Source of the DNA: Octopus sinensis
Lineage: Eukaryota
NCBI RefSeq assembly: GCF_006345805.1
Contig: NC_042999.1
Location: 95,480,001 to 95,544,000 of the forward strand
DNA length: 64,000 nucleotides
Reading direction: 5' to 3'
The notes under the pieces were generated by a model that had not been told where the DNA came from, searched no databases, and saw only the letters and a program-made list of their open reading frames with translations. A program made the position numbers and the translations under genes. This document shows positions 1 to 12,744 of this stretch, piece by piece. Each line of letters begins with the position of its first letter. Positions within the stretch are counted from its first letter, which is position 1.

Positions 1-587
1 CAACTGATTCTTTTTGTGCTAATTTATCTGACTGAACAGAAAAAAAAGCCTCATCATATAAAGGTGGAGTAGTATGTCTAGTTTGGAAAACAATTATTCC
101 AAGTCTTAGTTATGTAATTATGAAAAAATGGATGGAATACAGTGAAAAAAAAAAAGACAAGCTTTATCCCACATTATGAAATAAAAATAAGTAAATTATT
201 TTTACATTAAGTTCAATGACAATTGTATTTTTTTCAGATTTGATACAAATACTGTCATTTTACATAAAAAGAAAGTTACAGGAATTCATATTTCATTCCT
301 CTATTTTTGGAGGATACCTTTCCTCTGTGTACTGTTATTCTGTTCTAGCACAGCTCTTTTATCAGTATTTAATTTCTCTGAAGTTGACAAAATATCTGAT
401 AGAGGTAAAGTGATAGCAGCCAATATATGCAGGAGTGCTTGCACCATACAAGGAGTGCTTGTTTGATACATGATAGATAAACAATTCTTTGTGAGTGAAA
501 AATGACTATTGCTGACAATGGGAGGTGCCATGTCTTATCAAGGAAGGGCGGGGAAATTAGAACTCATGATATTGCTTCTCATTGCAC

Positions 588-873
588 TTGTGCCGGTGGC
601 AGGTGAAAAACATTTGAGCAAGGTCATTGCCAATGCTGCTGGACTGGCACATAAAAAACACCAATTGAGCGTTGCCAGTACCGCCCTTGTGCCGGTGGCA
701 CATAAAAGCACCCACTACACTCTCGGAGTGGTTAACGTTAGGAACGGCATCTAGCTGTAGAAACTCTGCCAGATCAAATTGGAGCCTGGTGCAGCCATCT
801 GGTTTGCCAGTCTTCAGTCAAATCGTCCAACCCATGTTAGCATGGAAAGCCGACATTAAACGATGATGATGAT
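588..873 (+). mobile_element. RTE-type LINE 3' UTR fragment ending in (GAT)n
   Basis: Matches the 3' UTR of the RTE at 40612-41705 (aaaagcacccactacactc...tccaacccatg..agcatgga...taaacgatgatgatgat). Confidence 0.8.
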
Positions 874-1272
874 TGACAAGGTAACTTAAATGAGTTTGCA
901 AGTTTGCAACATGCTGCACTGAAACTCTTCAGACTAGTGCCATCTTAAAACAGATATTGAAATAGTGGGAAAGATGGGGATATATGTACCATTTTAGTAA
1001 ATTTGTATGCAAATATATATTAATTTTTTGCATTTTGTTTTTTTTTTCTTTTATATTAACCATGTGTTTTCTATTCTTCAACATGTGATAATGAAAGCTA
1101 TATTTTTCTTAATTTTTAGCATTGTTTAGGTTTCAGTTGCAATTTGAAATGATAAATGTTTATTTTTTTAAACAACTTTTAAATATCTATTATATAAACA
1201 TGTGTACAGGAGTTATGTAAATAAATCCTTTTAAGTATTTTACGCATATATATATATGTGTGTGTATATATA

Positions 1273-1314
<42 letters not shown>

Positions 1315-1658
1315 AATATATACACACATACATGCATAATTCCTTTACATCCACATTTTCATATTTTATTTGTTTCCATGATGTTTGTTGAGGCATAGTT
1401 TTTTTTACGGTTGAATGTTTTCCTGTCATAAACCCTCATCTGTTTTCACAAGGTGTTATATTTTCTTTGGTCTTTCAAACTTAAGAATCACAATAGCTGG
1501 ACATGTTTCCAAGGAAGATTATAAGCAAATGTTATATCTTCTATGATAGTGACATTTATTTACAATTAGCAAGCAGTGTTGAGACATGGAGATATTAACA
1601 CACACACACACACTTATGTAGCTGCTAAGCTGAAGTGAAGACAGCATGTTCTTTGTCT

Positions 1659-1945
1659 ATCTCCTTACCTTCTTGGAGGTTTTAGGTAAAATTATACTAA
1701 TGTGTCCATCTGTTTTAATTTAATTTAATTCTATGTCCTTATGCAGCTGAGGATTGCTCTACATTTAAATTGATGTAATGATTGCATTGTTCAATATCAT
1801 TAGTTGCTTCAAACAATCGTACTGCATTAACTCTGGATATCCTTGTTGCTTGTTTTGATTTTAATCACCTTATTTTGAAATTGTATGGATGATACCGTAC
1901 TAAATTCTGGTGCCTCAACTTAAGTACCTAATACATCTGAATCTA
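1659..1945 (+). mobile_element. ~285 bp pLTR-like unit carrying a degenerate hammerhead (copy 1)
   Basis: Co-linear with 7667-7955. Contains TGCAG CTGAGGA TTGC...CAAAC AATC GTA CTGCA at 1742-1826 (GAAAC mutated). Followed by (TA)n. Confidence 0.7.
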
Positions 1946-3967
1946 AATTTATATATATATACTTACATTGGCTTGTCAGATAAATTTGTTTTGTTTTTTT
2001 CATTTATTTTAATCCTGTTTCATTAATAATTTTTAAAAATCAGTCAATGATATATTTTCTTCATTGTTCAAAACTTCTTCCTGGCATATACTGGCTATTG
2101 AATCCTATATTCAAATTTCAAAAATGATAAGCAAGAGTTAATTGTAGAAGAAGAAACAGCTACAAAAAAAAACATAAAATATTGCGATAAAGATATTTTT
2201 TGCATTAATTTAAATAACATTGGAAAGAAATGAATGACTTTCTCTAACAATCCAATCCACGTGCACATACACACAGAAGGCTTCTTTCAGGTTTCATCTA
2301 CTAAGACTCACAAGGTTTTGAGTAACCCATATCCACAGCAGAAAGAGTTCTGTTGTGGAATTGAACCTGGAACCATATGATTATAAAGCTAACTTCTTAA
2401 CTACATAAACATTCCTGTTCCTAAACACACACCTATGGCTGTGGAGATGTTTGTTGTATAAATGTTTATGTTCATATTAACTGACATGTTGAAATCTTTT
2501 GTATTGCATGGGACTAATACATAACAATATTGATTTTTATGATCAGACTGATTTGCTTTTCAATTTATTTATTTTTGTGTATTTGCTATTTTTATTTGTA
2601 AAAGAATTGCTGTCGTGTAATAGGGCTGAGGGACATTCAGATAAGTTCTTGAATTGTTTATTTATAAAAGAGAAAATCATAGTTTATGACAATGATTACT
2701 CAGAGAAGTGCTTAAAGCCCAGCAATTTCCATAAAGCCTTTTCTGTAGTCATACCATAGGCTATTAAGCTGTGTAGGGGAAGCATCATGATGATCCAATC
2801 TCAGAAAGCATACATATATAATCCTCTTGACTCTCTCTCTCTCTCATGCATTCCTGCAATCTCTGTCTGTCTTATCTTTTCTTTTCTTTCTCTTTACATT
2901 TATTGGTATCTGTTTGATCTCATTTCACATGCCCTTCTGAACTATTCAGTATTGCCAGAGCAATGCTCACACTATCAGTCAACATATATCCCTCTGTTAC
3001 ATTTCCTTTTTTCCCTTCTTTCTTCTTTCCTTTGGGACATAACTTTTCTTTTTCTATGGCTCACTATCTTCATGTTGTGTTGTCTTTTTTACCCTCCCTC
3101 CTTATTCTTCTCTCATAAGTTCTTCCTTTTCTTTTCCCCCCTTCTGAACTTCTTTGTCTTTTTTTTCTACCCAGTCCTTCTTACCATATGATCCATCCTT
3201 CTTACCTGACTCTCCTCTGCTTCCTACATCTTATCTCTCATCTTTCTCCCACCCAAGATTTCACTCTTCCATCTGTATATCCCTATTTTATCTGACTCTC
3301 TTCCATTTCCTTTATCCATATCTTATCTCACACTCTCCTAGGTTCTCACACTCACTTCCTATTCTCTCTCTCTCTCTCTCAGCTTCTTTTTTCCATCAGT
3401 CCTAACCTCTTCTGGTTTCTTATCATTTTCAGCACCTTTCTAGTCTCTAACTCGGATACTACTTATAGTTGTAACCTAACACCGTAAGATGTAACTGGGA
3501 AAGAGGTTGGCTTCCTATCACAACTTGTAGTGACGACAGCTCTTCTAAGGGAATAGCTACTCTAAATAGAGACTGGGAATTTGGTGATACACTTGAGTCC
3601 AAGTGAACAACTCCTCAAGTGACTGGAGATAAAAAGAGCATCCAATCTGTAAAACATTATCAAAATAATCAAGGACTACATGAATGAAAGATAGAAAAAG
3701 TTAAATAAACACTGTATTACTTTAATGCATAAAATTAAGAGTTTTCATGTTTTGTATGTTTCTCCTTTGTCAGATGAAAGAGAAAAACAGATAGAGAGTG
3801 AAAGAAAGGGAGAAAATGTAAACTATTGAAGTTGACAGTTATATTGTCAAAAAGGGAGAGAAAAACTAGGGTGAGAGATTAGGAGCCAAGTGGGAATGCA
3901 GATCTGTGATTATGTGTGTAAGTATACACACACACACACGCCCTCACACACACACACATATGCATTT

Positions 3968-4155
3968 ATTCAGGGTGCAGTGAATAAATTGTCATCTAAA
4001 TTATGCAAAAATGAAAGTTACACTGACATCTCATTTTAATTTATATATTTACCAAAATTACATAAAAATATCTTGATATATTAAAGAGTAAATTTATTCA
4101 ATAAAATCGCCATTGGTTTCAACCACAGCCTCTAGATGACTTCGGAATATGTTGT
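3968..4155 (-). mobile_element. Tc1/mariner terminal fragment
   Basis: TA followed by a TIR-like ttcagggtgcagtgaataaattgtc, then sequence resembling a transposase 3' end. Confidence 0.4.
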
Positions 4156-4314
4156 CATGAAACGCAGGTAGTAACGTATAATTTTGATATTTTGCAATAA
4201 GAATTGTAGGTATTAATTTTGATAATTTTAATATTTTATCCTATTGTGGATAATGTCATTCAATGATGATTGAGTTGCTTGAGGGTGATTCTGTCTCTTA
4301 AACCTATCTATACA

Positions 4315-4443
4315 TTATATATATATATATATATATATATGTATACATGTGTATATATATATATATATTATATATATATATATACATACATACATACATA
4401 TATATGTATACATGTATATATATATATATATACATATATATGT

Positions 4444-4494
<51 letters not shown>

Positions 4495-4801
4495 CATATA
4501 TATGTATACATGTATATATATATATATACATACATATATATGTATACATGTATATATATATATATATATACATACATACATATATATGTATACATGTATA
4601 TATGTATATATACATACATAATATGTATACATGTGTATATATATATATATATATATACATATATATGTATACATGTATATATATGTCTGTATGTATATAT
4701 ATATGTATACATGTATATATATATGTCTGTATGTATATATATATATGTATACATGTATATATATATGTCTGTATGTATACATATATATATATATGTATAT
4801 A

Positions 4802-4852
<51 letters not shown>
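4315..4852. repeat. Compound (TA)n/(TACA)/(TATG) microsatellite
   Basis: Directly visible; source of the spurious YIYI ORFs. Confidence 0.97.
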
Positions 4853-4854
<2 letters not shown>

Positions 4855-5239
4855 GTGTACAAACAATCAATATTAATATGCTAACTTTTTGTTTTTTCTG
4901 TACGTACCTGTTGTATGCGTCACACTTACTTCAAAGAAGTGGCAAAGTGATAGAGAAGAGGACAGACAAGAAGTATGAGCATGAGAGAAAGGGATAGTGA
5001 GAGAGAAAGTGATAGATTGAGAGACTGAAAGAGACAGTGAGTGGTGACAGTGTTCATCTTGTGTTTTTAAATGTTTACTACATCGCAAGAGAAGTAGATA
5101 CACAGATACATATACACATTGTTAAATCAAAAGTGGGAGAGAAGAGGGATACAAACGAAGTGAAAGAGAAAAAGAGAAAGTGAGAGAGACAGCAGATACA
5201 TAAATCCAAAGAAAAGTTCATACATAGATACATACACTC

Positions 5240-5518
5240 AGCAAATACTGGAGTTCAAAAAAGCCCTCGATTCAATAACACTGTTTACAATCTCTATGCT
5301 TGGAATGACCAATTTTAAATACTATTGAAACTTACACACAAGGTACAGGAAACTTATATGTATACCATTCTGCTTAAATAATGGAAATGCTGATACAATA
5401 TACCTGCATTTCTCACATCTGTTTTCATTCCTCCACTTCACCCTCTATTTCATATTTTCTTTAGAATATTGCTTAAACATTTTCTCACATCATCTCCGAT
5501 GAAGGGATATATAAAATA
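5240..5518 (+). mobile_element. PLE 3' end / pLTR, left part (5' half of a hammerhead)
   Basis: Ends CATCT CCGATGA A GGGATAT ATAAA ATA and resumes at 7087. Related to 8575-8880 on the opposite strand. Confidence 0.6.
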
Positions 5519-7086
5519 CTAGCCGGGTCATAGTGCTAGTGCATGTATATATGTGTACATATTATATGTACATGTATATATATACATCTACACATAAAAT
5601 ACAAAATACAAAGTTATATCTTGATATTGCTAGTGATAACAATACTCAAAATATATAACAGACTGGAATTGTAGGCCCGTCTCTTGCAATTTCGATCAAT
5701 TGTATCTTGTCCTCCCTCTTGTATTGAAGTGTGGCTACAATCCAGCCTACCTCTACTTCTGGGGGGGACATTTTTAATTTTTATCCAGGACGTCCTATGT
5801 CCCAGATATAAAGGTAAAAATAAAATATTTCCACTTTGCAAGGTTCGAGTCAAGTACTCCCTTGCACGCTCCGTTGACTCGAACCTTGCTTCTATTGTGG
5901 CGAATTTACCGCCTGTTTAGATACTTGATATCTTTCATAGTTGCACCAAGACACTTTTTGATGGTGCTTTCCTTCAGGTGTTCAAATTTTTTTTTTTCTC
6001 TACATTGTATACTTTATAGACAATAGTCTTTTCTTGAATTTAATTTTTAATTTTGTTTGGTGGTGTTATCCTAGATTCACTGTCTTTGTCGGTGATCAAT
6101 CCAAAATAGGTTTGTATTTCTTCCATTTTAGTTTTAATGAGTTCGCGCCTGCCAACGGCTGCAGCAAAATTCATTTTGGGACTTTCTTCTATCGAAGGCA
6201 TTTTAACAAAAATGCTTCCGTATAAACGGTGAAAATATTGTCAATTTCCCCAAACAGGGACACAATTCAATTTTTAAACAATAACCAAAGCTCCTTCCAC
6301 CAAAGGGGGAGGGTTACAGTTTACAATTATTTAACAAATGCAACACAACAACGTTTCCCTTACGAGGAACCAACAAACGTGATAACAATAGTTGAACAGT
6401 AATAATAATAACAACAAACCTTACGGTGAATCAAAAACCAGTATGTAGTTGAAGCTATAGCCCTTTATGTATAAGAAATAAACCAACAGCAGTAATCAGT
6501 AGAAGCGGCTGTTCGAGAAAACAGACATTACATACAACCAAACTTCATATAGATACTTAATGCTAGCTAATTAGCAGATAATCTAATGTAAAAGCCGTGG
6601 TAAAAGGTATGTGCACAGCTCCATCTGGACTATTACATTTCTGCACACTAATTTTATTTTTAATTTATTCCCATTCATGTGAAACCACTTATTCAAGTTT
6701 AAGTCATTGATGCAATTTTATATCAATTGCTATTTTTACTTTTGTTATGTTACGATTTAATTATTATATTATACTTCAGTTTGATTTTAATTATTACTTA
6801 CTACATATAATTCAATTGTTATTATTATCTCTAACTTTTATTGTTAAAGTGAAAGTATCTGACATAAAATAGAGAAATGTTTTTGTTTCACTTTTAACAC
6901 GTAATACTGAAATAGTGATATGGCTCGCCCTAGGCAAGAAGTTGAACATTTTTTTTGCCCATGAAACTACATGGACCCTAAGTAAGGCATGTGTAAAATT
7001 TGAATGAAATTGGTTGTGTAGTTCTCAAGTTTTAGGGAAACACACAGACAGACAGACACACATTCTCAGTGTTATATATATAGAGA
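5519..7086 (-). mobile_element. Non-autonomous Helitron-like insertion (composite)
   Basis: Minus strand reads A|TCTCTATATATATAAC...CTAG|T, i.e. TC start, CTAG end, AT target and no TSD. (GACA)n lies near the 5' end. Removing it restores a hammerhead stem. Confidence 0.7.
5640..6210 (-). pseudogene. Degraded LINE ORF1 (gag-like) 5' fragment nested in the Helitron
   Basis: Broken reading MNFAAAVG...FATIEARFES...FLPLYLGHRTSWIKIKNVPP resembles L1/Tx1-type ORF1 (motif recall, not a search). Confidence 0.45.
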
Positions 7087-7148
7087 TTCCAGAAACAGCT
7101 GTAAAACCATCTTATAAATGTTCTGAAATCTTTCACAGCCTTGAATTT
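7087..7148 (+). mobile_element. PLE pLTR, right part (3' half of the split hammerhead)
   Basis: TTCC A GAAAC AGCT GTA. Downstream sequence is homologous to the reverse complement of 8580-8620. Confidence 0.65.
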
Positions 7149-7159
7149 TTATCTCATTC

Positions 7160-7402
7160 TGTGGCACGTAAAAACACCATCCAATCGTGGCCACTTGCCA
7201 GCCTCGTCTGGCACCTGTGCTGGTGGCACGTAAAAAGCACCCACTACACTCACAGAGTGGTTGGCGTTAAGAAGGGCATCCAGCCGTAGAAACATTGGCA
7301 GATCAGACTGGGCCTGGTGCAGCCTTCTGGCTTCCCAGGTCCCCAGTTGAACCGTCCAACCCATGCTAGCATGGAAGGCGGACGTTAAACGATGATGATG
7401 AT
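7160..7402 (+). mobile_element. RTE 3' UTR fragment with (GAT)n tail
   Basis: Homologous to 41500-41705 and 588-873. Confidence 0.8.
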
Positions 7403-7409
7403 ATACTTA

Positions 7410-7600
7410 TTTACTCTTTTACTTGTTCAGTCATGTCACTGCAGCCATGCTGGAGCACCACCTATAGTCGAGGAAATTGGACTTATTCTTTGTAAGCCTA
7501 GTACTTATTCTATTGGTCACTTTGCCGAACTGCTTAATTACAGGGACATAAACACACCACAATTGGTTGTCAAGTGATGTAGGGGGGAATGAACACAAGC
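7410..7600 (-). mobile_element. SINE-like interspersed repeat (related copies at ~28590-28810, 49355-49510, 56000-56055)
   Basis: Recurrent gccatgctggagcacc...acttattctattgg motif across the window. Confidence 0.6.
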
Positions 7601-7666
7601 ACACACATGCACACACATATATATATACCTATATTCGATGTGCTTCTTTCAGTTTCTGTCTAACAA

Positions 7667-7950
7667 ATCTCCTTACTTTCTTGGAGGTTTTAGGTAAAAT
7701 TATACTAATATGTCCATCTGTTTTAATTCAATTTAATTCTATATCTTTGTGCAGCTGAGGATTGCTCTGCATTCTAAATTGATGTAATGATTGCATTGTT
7801 CAATTAAACAAAGTTGCATGAAACGATTGTACTGCATTACCTCTGGATATCCTTGTTGCTTATTTTGATTTTAATCACCTTTCTTTGAAATTTTAAGGAT
7901 AATAACGTACTAAATTCTAGTGCCTCAACCTAAGTACCATATTCACCTGA

Positions 7951-7955
<5 letters not shown>
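7667..7955 (+). mobile_element. ~285 bp pLTR-like unit with hammerhead (copy 2)
   Basis: Same start (atctccttac) and end (ctgaatcta) as copy 1; followed by (TATC)n. Confidence 0.75.
7750..7836 (+). ncRNA. Type I hammerhead ribozyme motif
   Basis: Helix I TGCAG/CTGCA, core CTGAGGA, helix II TGC/GCA with a ~50 nt loop, GAAAC-GATT-GT, cleavage triplet GUA. Confidence 0.7.
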
Positions 7956-8024
<69 letters not shown>

Positions 8025-8437
8025 ATAATTATAATAATGAGGGTCTTTGCAACAAGTTGCTAGACCACATACCGAAAGTATTAGAAATAGCAGCCAGAGG
8101 ACTGCTATTTCCTTTTACTACAAAAATATGTCTCCACAGACAACAGTATTTGTAACTCATTATGTGGCAAAAAAAGAAGAAAAATAACCGAAATACTACT
8201 TGGTGAAATTTGTTGATTTTATTAAATTAATTATATTTCACCCTTTATCTGTGTGTATATATATATATCATAGAACAAATAGAAACATATTTTTCAACAT
8301 GTAAATACTGATAGAACAGTATATATAGGATAAAATTAATAATAAAAAAAAATGGACAAAAAGGAGAAAACAACAACATGAAGATGGGGTACATGCAAAG
8401 TATTAATAAGATGTCCAGGGAACAAAAGAAAGAGTGT

Positions 8438-8469
8438 TTTATGTTTCAAGCAAAGCTCTTCTTCAGAAA
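8438..8469 (-). ncRNA. Ultra-minimal hammerhead-like motif (degenerate)
   Basis: Minus: TTT CTGAAGA A GAGC TTT GCTT GAAAC ATA AAA. Sits in a ~200 bp repeat (about 8340-8540). Confidence 0.5.
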
Positions 8470-8574
8470 CAGGTGACAGTGGAAAGTCCAAGAGAATAGG
8501 AAGACAGAGGAAAAAAATTGCCTCGCCAACTATCCACATATAAATATGTATTTAGGTTAAGTGAAATAAGACAA

Positions 8575-8880
8575 CAAAGCCAAGGCTATGAAATTTTTGG
8601 AACATTCATAAAGAGCAAGGTAAGTTTTACAACTATTTCAAGGATATGTGGGATATCATCAGAGATGATATGAGAGTTAAATATTAATAGTAGAGCTCAA
8701 TATAAGAAGTTATTTTGTAAAGGGAGAAATATAGGATGCATAAATGGAAATAAGAGAATAAAGATAAAAATGTTGGATGTTATGTAGTTCCATTATATAT
8801 TGCTGTGTAGAATGGGTAGAAAGGCTTCTTGTCCATGGTATGTAATTTCTGATAGGAGTTCATATTTTGTTATTAAGTTC
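8575..8880 (-). mobile_element. Degraded PLE 3' end with broken hammerhead (about 8625-8666)
   Basis: Minus: CATCT CTGATGA ...ATCCTT GAAAT AGTT GTA AAAC. Same family as 5240-5518 and 7087-7148. Confidence 0.55.
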
Positions 8881-8884
8881 TATA

Positions 8885-9745
8885 TTTGAGAGATGAGGAA
8901 TTATGTACATTATTTACATTTGACGGATATTTGTCCTCATCTTGTTTGTTCTTAAAACATTTCAGCTGATATACTCTCCAGCGTTCATCAGGTGTCTTGC
9001 GGAAATTTCAAACCTGGGTTTTCATCCCGAAGGTATTTTTCAATGCTATTATTATCCTTATTTTTCAGGTCACTGCCTGGAATCAAACTTGGAATCTTGG
9101 GGTTAGTAGCCTGTGCTATTAACCACTACACCATATGCCTGTGGGCAATTATGGAGTGAATTTTAGGGATTATAAATCTAATATTTTTCCTATCTTCCCT
9201 TAATGCTACTTACATCTGCACTCGATCTGCTTAGGAGGTTATTATGCCTTAGCATATGTGCTGCTTCTTTTCTTTTAGTTTTTGTATTTTCCAATGGTGT
9301 TCTCTGTTTATCATTTTAACTTCATTCTACAGGGGGGAGGGGGACTCCGTTTTTCCATACATGATCAGCTATACCTGATTTATCAATATCTCCTTGTGTC
9401 ACAGCTTTGCGATGTTCCTCTGCTCATATTTTTAGGGAGCGGCATGTTTCACTTTTGTATAACCTACCACAGTTGCATAGGATGGAGTACTGGTGGTTTT
9501 ACTTGAAGGAGATATTTGTGAAGCGTTGTATTACTCTTGAATACTGTCGTGATGTAATATGGGCCGTATATCTTTTGTATCTTTTCAGAAAGGCCTTTCA
9601 CATAGGGTAGACAGAATGTGGTCAGTTTATGGGTTTCATCCACTCTTTTCTTCATAATTGGAGTGGATAGTATGTTTTCGGGGTAGTTGTTGCTTAACAG
9701 ATTGTTACTTAGCTTGATCATTTCTTCTTGGTGGGTATCTCAATA
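8885..9745 (-). mobile_element. Penelope/Poseidon-like PLE 3' fragment (thumb-linker, degraded endonuclease, pLTR)
   Basis: ORF 9464-9721 contains NNYP...LPYVKGLSEKI...TVFKSNTTL, typical of the PLE linker. A degenerate HHR lies at 8955-8995 (ACAC CTGATGA A CGCTG...CAGCT GAAAT GTT). Confidence 0.75.
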
Positions 9746-10507
9746 GGATTTTCTTCCCATAGTTTTAGTTGCTTCAGTTATCTTATTTATATGTTTTATT
9801 AGTTTTGCCGCACTCGTTTACTTGCCCCTGTTGGCCATTGTTTTATTTTTTTATTTGTTAACCATCAACGAACCAGAACCACATCATTGTTTTCAAATAA
9901 AAGCTGACCAATTAAGTTGTAGGACTGACCATGACTCCACCTCACTACACATAGGGATTTCAAGTTTTGTTGATTGGTAAAAAAGTAATGAACACTAACA
10001 TCACACTTTGGTCGTACCCAGTTTCTTTGTTTCAGTGATAGACTCATGTACCAAATTTTCCAAGACAGGTGCATCTTAAGTTGCTTATGCCATGCCCTCT
10101 GCAATGTTACACTTACTAACTGGCACTTCACACATTAATGCTCACCTCCGTAACACGGACCATACCATCAAACCCACCACTAAAGTTCTATGGAAACATA
10201 ATGTGAACTACTGCCTAAAATTACCCTTCCTGTAAAAACTCCTCCTGTGAACGACTATATTCACCTATCCACCACTGGATGAAATAACATGGACCTTATA
10301 ATACATCATGGGAAGGCTGTATCTTATTTCCCCTTGCTATGCCCAAATCATTATACTATGATGTTCTTCACTTGTATTCTCATGCTTGTTATTATTCTTA
10401 CTCTTATTCTTTTTCTACTCTATTTCAAAAAGACAAACACACTGTAGCTATTATTAACTGACCTTTATATGTGTTAGCCCCCCCCCCCTCACCACCACCA
10501 CTTAAAC

Positions 10508-10630
10508 CCTCTGAAGAAGCCTAGGGGGACATTCATTATCCAAGCCTTATCTGCTCATCCCTGCATAATATTGAAGACATGGAGATAGCCAGGAAGATTT
10601 CATTGCCTCTTGGCAGAAACAGCCGTAAGG
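10508..10630 (+). ncRNA. Type I hammerhead motif with long helix II insert, in a PLE 3' end (about 10140-10775)
   Basis: CCT CTGAAGA A GCCTAGGGG ...~80 nt... CCTCTTGGC A GAAAC AGCC GTA AGG. Confidence 0.65.
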
Positions 10631-10775
10631 AACTAGCACCTGCATACCCATCCGGTTTTTGTGACAATCTGCTCATTTGCTCAATCACTCACTTGTTTCT
10701 ATATGCTTATATGCTTCCATCCTTGTTTATGCAATAATCAACTTTTTCTACTTGTTAATCTGTACCACTAATATA

Positions 10776-10794
10776 AGTGTGTATATATATATGT

Positions 10795-10857
<63 letters not shown>

Positions 10858-10935
10858 ATATATTCATCGAATACATTTGAATAAATAGACATACTGGAAT
10901 GTTTACCAGCTGGTGTCTCTCCACTTTCTTATTTA

Positions 10936-10982
<47 letters not shown>

Positions 10983-10987
10983 TATAC

Positions 10988-11038
<51 letters not shown>

Positions 11039-11043
11039 TATAC

Positions 11044-11076
<33 letters not shown>

Positions 11077-11094
11077 ATATACACACACATATAC

Positions 11095-11141
<47 letters not shown>

Positions 11142-11151
11142 ACACATATAC

Positions 11152-11198
<47 letters not shown>

Positions 11199-11203
11199 TA
11201 TAC

Positions 11204-11256
<53 letters not shown>

Positions 11257-11326
11257 TATACATATATATATATATATATGTATATATATATGTATATATA
11301 CATGTATATATACATGTATATATATA

Positions 11327-11358
<32 letters not shown>

Positions 11359-11388
11359 CACATACATATATATATATGTATATATCTG

Positions 11389-11420
<32 letters not shown>
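10776..11420. repeat. (TA)n/(CA)n compound microsatellite with a short unique interruption
   Basis: Directly visible. Confidence 0.95.
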
Positions 11421-11425
<5 letters not shown>

Positions 11426-12600
11426 GGTTGTCCACTTGTGACTGAGGAAGACCATTGCTGACCTTCAGGAACATTGTGCGCTCCAGGACTAACTTATATT
11501 TTGCATTTGAAGCTCCATTGTTGGCTAATGATCCCTCCTCTTGACAACCATACACGACTGCAAACATTGTAGACCAAGCTTTCCCCATTCACTACACCAG
11601 CAGTGCGCTTTCTAGCTGCATGCTTAAGTTCTTGATGCTGAATATGTGTTCACTCAAAAGTGCCGACCCCCTCCCTAATCTGCTTCCTCCATCTGTGGTG
11701 ATGACAGGCATTGTTCTCCCAGAGAATAAGATACTGGAAAACTCTTGCATTGGCAGCAAATCTGCACAGATTAAAGAGGCAGCCAGAAGATCGATATCTA
11801 ACATATATTCCCAGAGAGCTAACTTTAGAAAAAGCATGAGTAAAAGCAGCAGCAAAGTACAAAGAAAAGAGAGTTGGGGCAAGGATGTCACCCTCTTTGA
11901 CACCATTCTCTACAGGAATGGGTCTCACTATGCCACCACCAACATTGACCCAAGCCTCCATCCCATCATGAAATAATTTAATCTAGACATGCCAAGTATT
12001 TTCCATAGAAAGGCTCTGTTTACAATATCAAATGTCTTCATGAAATCAACGAGTACCTGGACAAGATCCATATTTTACTCATAGCACTTCTCCTGCATCT
12101 GTCTTGCTGTGAAAATCGTATCCATTGTCCCTCTACCAGACTGGAAGCCATATTGAGATTCAGATAGGACATTATTTATGAGACACCTATTCAGGTGGCT
12201 AAGAAGAATAATTGCCACAACCTTGCCAGCAGCTGATAGTAGAGCAATAGCTCTGTAGTTACCTCACATTGTTCTGTCTCCTTTTCCTTTATAAAGAGGA
12301 AGAATAATTGGATCCTTCCAGTCCTTAGGCATTGCACCATCCCTCCAGACTGCACTAATAAGTTCATGAAGGGACTGTATGATGTAATCATCACCAGATC
12401 GCAAGATCTCAGCACAAATTCCATCCTTTACAGGTGCCCTTCCAAGATTCAATTTACTTATTGATGTTATTACATCATCTATTGAGGGCGTAGAATTTAA
12501 GGAGCCAATGATAGGTCTTTGTTGCATAGCATCAATCACTGTTTCATCCACAACTGTCTCATGGTTTAGGAGTTCAGAGAAGCGTTCGATCTAGGGACCT
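11421..12600 (-). mobile_element. RTE (BovB-like) LINE RT fragment, frameshifted
   Basis: APVKDGICAEIL...PKDWKDPIILPLYKGKGD and NGVKEGDILAPTLFSLYFAA...YVRYRSSGCLFNL are RTE RT motifs. Confidence 0.85.
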
Positions 12601-12641
12601 GTGATTTCTGTTGATTTAGTAAATATATATGTATATATATA

Positions 12642-12684
<43 letters not shown>

Positions 12685-12744
12685 ATATACTCACACACAC
12701 ACATATATATATATAAATATATACATATATATATATATTATATA

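Noticed and set aside
2787-3405. Hydrophobic ORFs suggesting membrane proteins (also 20830-21060 and 60656-61738)
   Set aside because: Products of CT-rich or (TTA)n low-complexity DNA.
4270-4997. Long ORFs rich in Y/I/H/T/C/V (also 10748-11461 and 57399-58090)
   Set aside because: Translations of TA/CA/TG microsatellites, open in most frames on both strands.
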